Positions 1 to 6,640 of a stretch of DNA of 32,000 nucleotides are shown here, piece by piece. Below the pieces are notes generated by a model, which had not been told where the DNA came from, did not search any database, and saw nothing but the letters and a program-made list of their open reading frames with translations. Origin of the DNA: Nostoc punctiforme PCC 73102 (lineage in GTDB: Bacteria > Cyanobacteriota > Cyanobacteriia > Cyanobacteriales > Nostocaceae); NCBI RefSeq assembly GCF_000020025.1, contig NC_010628.1, positions 5,760,001 to 5,792,000 on the forward strand, in the 5' to 3' direction. How positions within the stretch are numbered: position 1 is the first letter of the stretch; each line of letters starts with the position of its first letter. Made by a program: the position numbers and the translations under genes.

Positions 1-189
1 CTTTGCCCAGTCACTAACTTTCTTCACCCTATCCAAAACTATTTTCAAAACATCAGGCTTGGCATCAACAAAAGATTTTGCAGCCAGATAATAACCACGA
101 TTGGGGGCTAATTCCGTCGCGTCTGCTAAAGTGCGTGCGCCTGTTGCTGCTTCTGCTGCGGCTAAATACGGGTCCCAAATTGCCCAAGC
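1..189 (-). pseudogene. Fragment of an ABC-transporter periplasmic substrate-binding protein (SsuA/TauA/NitT type); runs off the left edge and is cut off upstream by an in-frame TGA (190-192)
   Basis: The reverse-strand translation is AWAIWDPYLAAAEAATGARTLADATELAPNRGYYLAAKSFVDAKPDVLKIVLDRVKKVSDWAK. The WxIWDPY...FYLA..SF pattern is typical of sulfonate/nitrate-type binding proteins. No SBP-like sequence appears in any frame upstream of position 190. Confidence 0.6.
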
Positions 190-200
190 TCAAAAATACA

Positions 201-773
201 TTGCACCAAATTGGCTTGGTGGATGATATTTTAGAGTTAGCATCTGGAACAGGTATCTGGACGCAGGAGCTTTTAAGAATCGGTCAAAAGATTACTGCGA
301 TCGATGCCTCTGAAGAAGTGATTGCAATTAATCGCTCGAAGTTAAATTCACTGAGTGTTGAATATCACCTAATTGATTTATTTACTTGGCAACCTGATAC
401 GGAATATGATTTGGTGTTCTTCGCCTTTTGGCTATCTCATGTGCCACCAAAATTACTCGATTCTTTTTTGACGAAAGTCTATCAATCTGTTCGCTTTGGT
501 GGGCAAGTATTTATCATTGACTCTTCCTTTGAACCGACATCCACAGCTAACAATCATATTCTTGAAGACGACGGAAACATATATAAAACCCGTAAATTAA
601 ATGATGGTCAAGAATTTCAGATTGTCAAAATTTTTTATCAGCCGGATGAACTTAAGCATAAGCTAAAAAAAGCAGGCTTCCAGGCTGAGGTAAAAGTGAC
701 AGATAATTATTTTATCTACGCACAGGGGAAAAAATTTGAAACAATTCGTAATTCGGAATCTGTAATTATTTAA
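201..773 (+). CDS. Class I SAM-dependent methyltransferase, probably 5'-truncated
   Basis: Motif I is ILELASGTGIWT, followed by AIDASEEVI, DLVFFAFWLSHVP and GGQVFIIDS. Only about 12 residues precede motif I when counting from the in-frame TTG at 201 (a GVG-type alternative, GTG, is at 219). The track ORF start at 78 is a TTG, and residues 1-40 are antisense to the SBP fragment. Confidence 0.7.
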   Translation: MHQIGLVDDILELASGTGIWTQELLRIGQKITAIDASEEVIAINRSKLNSLSVEYHLIDLFTWQPDTEYDLVFFAFWLSHVPPKLLDSFLTKVYQSVRFGGQVFIIDSSFEPTSTANNHILEDDGNIYKTRKLNDGQEFQIVKIFYQPDELKHKLKKAGFQAEVKVTDNYFIYAQGKKFETIRNSESVII

Positions 774-988
774 ACTACACCTAATGTATTACTAATTTAG
801 TACCACCTATATACTATGGGAGCATCAGACCTATTTTTTTATATAGACATTAATTCAAGATGGCATTAAAAAACATCTTCCTGCTGTTTTCTCTGACATA
901 CTCCTCAAACTAGGTACTGTTGCAAAATCTATGTATATATATTGGTTATAGCTATACAGATGACTTATGCGGGACTAAAGGAGTAGAA

Positions 989-1096
989 ATGAAATGTATT
1001 TTGATTAACTGCGAACAACATTATCAAGAGCTAGGTGAACAGAAAGTTGAAGACCTCTTTCAGGTTGAAGATAGACTATTTCTTGATCGATCTTAG
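989..1096 (+). CDS. Possible 35-aa small ORF (MKCILINCEQHYQELGEQKVEDLFQVEDRLFLDRS)
   Basis: AAGGAG lies 5 nt upstream of the ATG. I recognise no family, and the ORF is too short for codon statistics. Confidence 0.2.
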   Translation: MKCILINCEQHYQELGEQKVEDLFQVEDRLFLDRS

Positions 1097-1157
1097 TTAA
1101 CTATGATTGCTGAGTAAGCAAAACAAAATCCATTAGCTGCCTAATAGACAGTTTGCA

Positions 1158-1517
1158 ATGCAAATTCTTAAAGTATTAACCAGAGTCTATCTTAGTCCAG
1201 TAGACTTGGATGAGGCGATCGCTTTCTATGAAAACCTCTTTACAGAAAAATGTTGGTTGTGGTTTCAATATTCCGAGGCTGAGTTGGAACTCGCAAGTGT
1301 GGGTTCTATTCTTTTAATTGCTGGTTCGGCAGAAGCACTCTCTCCATTCAAGAGTACACACGCCACATTTCTTGTGGACTCACTCAATGATTTTAAAGAA
1401 GCACTTATTCAACAGGGTGCAGTGATTCTGGCGGAACCGAACAAAGTTACCACTGGAGCGAATATGCGAGCGATGCATCCTGATGGAACTATTATTGAGT
1501 ATCTTGAGTTTGGATAA
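1158..1517 (+). CDS. VOC family (glyoxalase/bleomycin-resistance fold) protein
   Basis: The 119-aa ORF has an ATG start. Its single beta-alpha-beta-beta-beta-type layout (RVYLSPVDLDEAIAFYENLF ... ATFLVDSLNDFKEALIQQGAVIL ... MHPDGTIIEY) is typical of small VOC proteins. Confidence 0.7.
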   Translation: MQILKVLTRVYLSPVDLDEAIAFYENLFTEKCWLWFQYSEAELELASVGSILLIAGSAEALSPFKSTHATFLVDSLNDFKEALIQQGAVILAEPNKVTTGANMRAMHPDGTIIEYLEFG

Positions 1518-1694
1518 TGGAATGGACGCGGTATTACTTCCATTAGCCGCAACAGCAGCAGTTGGCTATGTTAGACACGGCGTATGGAAAGCTCTTAACC
1601 ACAGTGAGTCAAACCCTCGAATTTAGTTGATTACAAGAGTTGTGCAAGATTAAATTTAAACTTTGCACAGCACCTCTGGTACAATACTATTTTT

Positions 1695-1731
1695 AGCCCT
1701 CAGTGAACTTGCTGAAGGGCTTTCACTTTTT
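1695..1731 (+). terminator. Intrinsic-terminator-like hairpin
   Basis: The stem agccctcag...ctgaagggct (one bulge) is followed by tttcacttttt. A TTAAAC-N18-TACAAT promoter-like pair lies just upstream (about 1653-1682). Confidence 0.4.
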
Positions 1732-1773
1732 CACAAATCTCTCTTTCTCTGCGCCTCTGTACTCTCTGGCGAA

Positions 1774-1968
1774 TGGTGGGAAATATTAGGCGTAAATCAG
1801 AGTGATAATGCCAACGTTATTAAACTTGCCTATTTCGATTAGCAAGAATCATCCTGATGTCAACAGTTCTGCATAGGCGTAGCCCGTCGTAGACATCGCA
1901 AAAGCTTTAATGCAAACAATTAATCAAGCTTTTGATACTTTCAAGTCTAAAGATGCTGAGATTCTTTA
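1774..1968 (+). pseudogene. J-domain (DnaJ-like) gene remnant
   Basis: It reads WWEILGVNQSDNANVIKLAYF / RLAR / NHPDVNSSA ... KALMQTINQAFDTFKSKDAEIL across three frames, with two 1-nt frame slips near 1836-1847. Two in-frame TAGs come from a 24-nt insert. There is no start codon. Confidence 0.6.
1876..1899. repeat. 24-nt small dispersed repeat (ggcgtagcccgtcgtagacatcgc) inserted in the J-domain remnant
   Basis: It interrupts the HPD...INxAF J-domain pattern and its length is a multiple of 3. GCGTAGC-containing relatives occur at about 20070-20090 and 25042-25060. Confidence 0.5.
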
Positions 1969-2545
1969 ATCAACGAGCCAAGCTACTCTGTGTCTATGCA
2001 CCTCTATGTGAGACTTAATTACTATTGTTAGATTTACTTTTATAAACACTCCATGTCATCTGCCAGTAGGGTAAAATATTTAACCCTTCAGAAGTATTGA
2101 CATTTGGAATTTTTCAAGAATTCATCTTGCTTATTCTGAAAAAAAGTTATAAATTATTAGTTTATAGGGGAATAATCTGAACTCTTAGTGTCAAAAACTA
2201 ATCCTGCTCAAGTAAATATACTGCAACCAGTTTTAACTTCACACAAACCATAAGCAGCGCTGAAGATATATTTTTGTTTGGTAAAGCAAAGCTTCTGGAC
2301 ATGAAACAGAACAATAAATAATCTAAAGATATATCTTGTGTGACTGTTTGAAGAATTATATTACTACTCTGGGTGAATAAAAACAATTATAATTCCCCAA
2401 AACAGTAATAGATTATATGTCAATTAACTAATAATAAGGCTGTAAAAATTTCAGCAAATTTATTTATTGTTAGTTAATTAAGTTTCTCCAAATTATGCTA
2501 TTCAAAGAATCCTTTTTGTTATGCTGAGAATAGCAAAAATAAGGA

Positions 2546-4051
2546 ATGAAGACGCATCTACCACAAATTCACAACCCAAATGGAGTTATTCTGGCGATGC
2601 ACTTAAACGAATTGGAAACTACTGAAAATTTAAAAGAAGTGGAAGAAGCGTGGCTAACACTAGAAAAATCAATTCTCTATTATCAAGGTCGCCCCGTTGG
2701 TACTGTAGCTGCTTATGATGCATCTGTAGAGGCTCTCAATTATGACCAGTGCTTTGTTCGGGATTTTGTCTCTTCAGCTCTAATTTTTCTGATCAAAGGT
2801 AGAACAGATATTGTTCGCAATTTCTTAGAAGAAACCTTAAAGTTACAGCCTAAAGAAAAGGCATTAGATGCCTATAAACCTGGACGAGGATTAATACCGG
2901 CTAGCTTCAAAGTTGTATCAGAAAATGGGCAAGAATATCTAGAAGCAGACTTTGGCGAACATGCGATCGCTAGAGTTACACCCGTTGATTCTTGCCTATG
3001 GTGGATTATTTTGTTGCGTGCTTATGTAGTCGCCACAGAAGATTTTTCTCTAGCCTATCAACCTGAATTCCAAAATGGTATCAGGTTAATCATGGAAATC
3101 TGCTTGGCGAATCGTTTTGATATGTACCCAACGCTGTTGGTTCCAGATGGTGCTTGTATGATTGACCGTCGTTTGGGCATTTATGGGCATCCTCTAGAAC
3201 TGCAAGTTCTCTTTTACACGGCATTGCGTGCATCTCGTGAACTGCTAGTTTGCCAAGGAAATTCCGATATTGTTGCAGCCATTGATAATAGGTTGCCTCT
3301 TTTATGCGCTCATATTCGCCAGCATTATTGGATAGATATTAATCGCCTGAATGAAATTTATCGCTTCAAAAGTGAAGAATATGGTAAAGGCGCTGTGAAT
3401 CTGTTCAACATATATGTAGATTCTGTTCCCTATTATGAATTAGATAAGTGGTTGCCAAAAAAAGGTGGTTATTTAGCAGGTAATGTCGGGCCGTCGCAGC
3501 TAGATACTCGCTTCTTTTCACTCGGAAACTTAATGGCGATTATTTCAGACTTAGCCACCGAAGAACAGGCACAAGCAATTATGACTCTCATTGAGGATCG
3601 ATGGGATGATTTGGTGGGAGATATGCCGATGAAAATTTGTTTCCCAGCTTTAGAACATGAAGAATACAGAATTGTAACTGGATGTGACCCCAAAAATATC
3701 CCTTGGTCGTATCATAATGCTGGTAGTTGGCCGGTTTTAATGTGGATGTTGGCAGCTGCGGCTGTGAAAACTAACAAAATAAGTCTTGCACAAAAGGCTA
3801 TTCAAACTGCCCAAGGACGGCTCAGTACAGATCAATGGCCAGAATATTACGACGGTAAGAAAGGGCGACTGATTGGGAAACAAGCTAGGAAATATCAAAC
3901 TTGGACAATTACTGGATTCTTATTGGCAAAAGAACTAATGGCAAACCCCACTTATTTGCCATTAATCAGCTTTGGTAAATTACCAGCAGAACAGGTTTCT
4001 AGAGCATGTGAGTTTGAAATCGCTAGTGTAGACCCGTATATGCCTAGATAG
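2546..4051 (+). CDS. Neutral/alkaline invertase (glycoside hydrolase family 100)
   Basis: The 501-aa ORF carries [59 protein letters not shown] and [15 protein letters not shown], which are characteristic GH100 blocks. An alternative start is M18 at 2597. Confidence 0.9.
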   Translation: MKTHLPQIHNPNGVILAMHLNELETTENLKEVEEAWLTLEKSILYYQGRPVGTVAAYDASVEALNYDQCFVRDFVSSALIFLIKGRTDIVRNFLEETLKLQPKEKALDAYKPGRGLIPASFKVVSENGQEYLEADFGEHAIARVTPVDSCLWWIILLRAYVVATEDFSLAYQPEFQNGIRLIMEICLANRFDMYPTLLVPDGACMIDRRLGIYGHPLELQVLFYTALRASRELLVCQGNSDIVAAIDNRLPLLCAHIRQHYWIDINRLNEIYRFKSEEYGKGAVNLFNIYVDSVPYYELDKWLPKKGGYLAGNVGPSQLDTRFFSLGNLMAIISDLATEEQAQAIMTLIEDRWDDLVGDMPMKICFPALEHEEYRIVTGCDPKNIPWSYHNAGSWPVLMWMLAAAAVKTNKISLAQKAIQTAQGRLSTDQWPEYYDGKKGRLIGKQARKYQTWTITGFLLAKELMANPTYLPLISFGKLPAEQVSRACEFEIASVDPYMPR

Positions 4052-4138
4052 GGAAGTTAGGAGAGACGCGATTAAAACGTCTGTACAGGAGTTGGGAGTT
4101 AGAATACAAAAGCCTCCTGACCCCTGATTGATGTTTCC

Positions 4139-5602
4139 ATGACAAACCCCCGTCAACTAGCTTTTATCGCCCTGCGAGATGTTCATAAGGGGGCTTATGC
4201 TGATGTTGCCCTAGATAGAGTACTGCAAAAAGTTAATTTGCCCGATCGCGATCGCCGCTTGGTGACAGAATTGGTTTATGGGAGCGTCAGAAGGCAGCGC
4301 ACTCTTGATACTCTCATCGATCAATTCGCCAAAAATAAATCTCACCAACAACCACAAGACCTCCGCACCATCTTACACTTGGGTTTCTATCAGCTGCGCT
4401 ATCAAGAGCGTATTCCCGCCTCTGCTGCTGTTAATACCACCGTCCAACTCGCTAAAGAAAATGGTTTTTCTGGACTAACAGGTTTTGTTAACGGTCTATT
4501 ACGCCAGTATCTTAGAAAAGCAGGAGAGCAGGGGGGCAGAGGAGCAGGGGGGCAGAGGAGCAGGGGGGCAGAGGAGAAAGATTCTTTGTTAGTTCCAGTT
4601 CCCCAGCCCCCAGTCCCCAGTACCCAGGCCCCAGTCCTCAATTTTGATCCCTTACAACTTCCAGAAAACCCAGTGGAACGCTTGGGCATTTTACACAGCT
4701 TTCCTGACTGGATTATTCAAGTCTGGTTGGAACAACTAGGTTTGACCGAGACAGAACAACTGTGTGAATGGATGAACCAATCACCAACAATTGACTTGCG
4801 TATCAACCCACTTTGCACTTCAATCGAAGAAGTTGAGGCGGCTTTGCAATCTGTTGGTCTTTTGGTAAGACGGATTCCTGATTTACCCCAAGCTTTAAGA
4901 TTTATGGGTAATACTGGATCAATTCAAAAACTACCTGGTTTTAAAGAAGGTTGGTGGACTGTACAAGATGCTAGCGCCCAATTGGTAAGTCATTTGCTCG
5001 ACCCCCAACCAGGTGAGGTGGTAATTGATGTCTGTGCTGCACCAGGGGGTAAAACAACCCACATTGCTGAGTTAATGGCAGATAGTGGGAAAATTTGGGC
5101 TTGCGATCGCACTGCCTCTCGTCTTCGCAAACTCCAAGAAAATTCTCAACGCTTAAATTTACAATCTATCCAAATTTACACTGGCGACAGCCGCCATTCC
5201 AACCAATTTCAAAACACCGCAGACCGCGTATTACTTGATGCTCCATGTTCTGGGTTAGGAACCATGCACCGTCATGCTGATGCTCGTTGGCGACAGACAC
5301 CAGAATCTGTCCGGGAACTTTCGGTGCTGCAAAAAGAATTATTAACACATACATCAACTTTTGTCAAAGCTGGTGGTGTACTAGTTTATGCCACCTGTAC
5401 ATTGCATCCAGCAGAAAACGAAGAAGTGATTTCGGCATTTTTAGCTGAGTCACCTCATTGGCAAATTGAGCCTCCAAGGGGCATTGAGCTGGCTGCTTCT
5501 GCATATAGCACTCCTCAAGGTTGGTTTAAAGTCTGGCCCCACCGCCAGGACATGGATGGCTTTCTTATGGTTCGCTTAAGAAAAACCAATAATTCCGAGT
5601 GA
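4139..5602 (+). CDS. rsmB: 16S rRNA (cytosine967-C5)-methyltransferase RsmB/Sun, carrying an in-frame repeat-encoded linker
   Basis: It has a NusB-like N-terminus, the SAM motif DVCAAPGGKTTHIAE, and the catalytic Cys motifs DAPCSGLGT and YATCTLHPAENE. Confidence 0.9.
   Translation: MTNPRQLAFIALRDVHKGAYADVALDRVLQKVNLPDRDRRLVTELVYGSVRRQRTLDTLIDQFAKNKSHQQPQDLRTILHLGFYQLRYQERIPASAAVNTTVQLAKENGFSGLTGFVNGLLRQYLRKAGEQGGRGAGGQRSRGAEEKDSLLVPVPQPPVPSTQAPVLNFDPLQLPENPVERLGILHSFPDWIIQVWLEQLGLTETEQLCEWMNQSPTIDLRINPLCTSIEEVEAALQSVGLLVRRIPDLPQALRFMGNTGSIQKLPGFKEGWWTVQDASAQLVSHLLDPQPGEVVIDVCAAPGGKTTHIAELMADSGKIWACDRTASRLRKLQENSQRLNLQSIQIYTGDSRHSNQFQNTADRVLLDAPCSGLGTMHRHADARWRQTPESVRELSVLQKELLTHTSTFVKAGGVLVYATCTLHPAENEEVISAFLAESPHWQIEPPRGIELAASAYSTPQGWFKVWPHRQDMDGFLMVRLRKTNNSE
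4528..4635 (+). repeat. Composite repeat module inside rsmB: 3 x 16-nt tandem units, a core, then 5 STRR1-type heptamers
   Basis: The unit gcaggggggcagagga occurs at 4528-4543, 4544-4559 and 4560-4575. The core gaaagattctttgttagttcc follows. Heptamers ccccagc/ccccagt/ccccagt/acccagg/ccccagt run from 4601 to 4635. Confidence 0.9.
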
Positions 5603-5659
5603 ATACTGTTTGAGATTGTACGATTTGGTGGTGGCCTGAATCTACCAGAGGAGGCAGCA

Positions 5660-6082
5660 ATGGTTACCCCTTCCAATGTCAAAAACTTAGTTAAAATCCT
5701 GATTGGAGCAGCCTGGATTGATGGCAGAATCCAGCCAGAAGAACGGCAATATCTCCGCGAAATAGCTCAAGCGAAAGGTTTGGCTAACGATCCAGAAATT
5801 AAGCCTTGGCTATACGAATTAGTTCCTGTACAGCCAAAAGAATGTTATGACTGGGTGCGGGAGTATTTAGGCGATCGCCCCAGCCTTGAAGATTGTGAAA
5901 ATCTGATTGAAGCCATCAGTGGCTTAATTTATAGCGATGGCGAAGTTGCCGTCGAAGAAGCTAGACTCTTGACGGAATTGCAAGATATCGCGAAGCCAAA
6001 TGATTCAACTCAACCGATTCAGACTAAACTTCTCAAACAAATTCAAAAGCTTTACCGTCGTTGGGTTGACGTACAAACCTAA
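5660..6082 (+). CDS. TerB-family (tellurite-resistance TerB-like) protein
   Basis: The 140-aa ORF is preceded by GAGGAGG. It contains two AWxDG / YSDGEV ... EE..LL half-repeats, typical of TerB-like domains. Confidence 0.6.
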   Translation: MVTPSNVKNLVKILIGAAWIDGRIQPEERQYLREIAQAKGLANDPEIKPWLYELVPVQPKECYDWVREYLGDRPSLEDCENLIEAISGLIYSDGEVAVEEARLLTELQDIAKPNDSTQPIQTKLLKQIQKLYRRWVDVQT

Positions 6083-6104
6083 TCATAGTCAAAAGTTCAT
6101 AGTC

Positions 6105-6224
6105 TAATGACTAATGACTAATGACCCTCACGGGTGATGCCTCCGGCACGCCAAGGGCAAACGCCAGTCACTCATGGGGGAAACCCCCAAGACCGCGCTG
6201 GCTCACTAATGACTAAATTATGAC
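6105..6224. repeat. TAATGAC heptamer tract split by an 81-nt insert
   Basis: taatgac occurs three times (6105-6125) and resumes at 6207-6213 (plus the degenerate taaattatgac). The insert at 6126-6206 contains the gggggaaaccccc hairpin. Confidence 0.75.
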
Positions 6225-6445
6225 TTCGGTTCCCCCACACCCGGAGTTTCTTCTTTATCAACTTTAGGCACAAAATCAGGACGCTCTTTGCTTTCCCAAC
6301 CTGCGGGGCGTTTCGAGTTGTACCAAGCTATTGAACCAATGCTTACAGCAGCAATAAAACCAACGACATACACCAAGGTGAAAGCAAAGGGAAAATGACC
6401 ACCACCTGTTGCGACTGAATCTGCTGCCTGCATCAATATATGCAT
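6218..6445 (-). CDS. Small single-pass membrane protein, function unknown
   Basis: It begins MHILMQAADSVATGGGHFPFAFTLVYVVGFIAAVSIGSIAWYNSKRPAGWE and has one clear TM helix. GGAGA lies 8 nt upstream of the ATG at 6445; the track start at 6460 is a TTG. Confidence 0.6.
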   Translation of the reverse strand: MHILMQAADSVATGGGHFPFAFTLVYVVGFIAAVSIGSIAWYNSKRPAGWESKERPDFVPKVDKEETPGVGEPKS

Positions 6446-6554
6446 GAGTATATTCTCCAATGTTAAGTAACACTACTTGACACACTATAGAATGAGCGTA
6501 TCACTTAACATCCTCCCCTAGTTTAGTTTGAGCAACTTCATATTGCAGAGAAAA

Positions 6555-6640
6555 GGGCAGGGGAGCAGGGGGCAGGGGGCAGAAGAGAAAGATTCTTTGT
6601 TACTTCCCAATGCCCAATTCCCAATGCCCAATTCCCACTC
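6555..6640 (+). repeat. Second copy of the G-run/core/heptamer module
   Basis: It runs gggcaggggagcagggggcagggggcag, then aagagaaagattctttgttacttcc, then cccaatg/cccaatt/cccaatg/cccaatt/cccactc. The 29-nt core matches the rsmB copy at 27 of 29 positions. The module ends directly at the PBP stop codon (6641-6643). Confidence 0.85.

Noticed and set aside
78-200. N-terminal 41 codons of the track ORF 78..773 (MQPDNNHDWGLIPSRLLKCVRLLLLLLRLNTGPKLPKLKNT)
   Set aside because: It starts at a TTG, has a leucine-run composition, and is exactly antisense to a well-matching SBP fragment. Methyltransferase similarity begins only around 201.
1522-1626. 34-aa ORF (MDAVLLPLAATAAVGYVRHGVWKALNHSESNPRI) just after the VOC gene
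   Set aside because: It is short, has no RBS, and I recognise no conserved pattern. It cannot be distinguished from chance.
2198-2386. 62-aa minus-strand ORF upstream of the invertase
   Set aside because: It lies in an AT-rich spacer with no SD motif and no recognisable domain. An ORF of this length is expected by chance here.
4402-4689. 95-aa minus-strand ORF, plus 4278..4478 (+) inside rsmB
   Set aside because: They are antisense or off-frame to a strongly supported rsmB. Their translations are low-complexity and driven by the G/C-run repeats.
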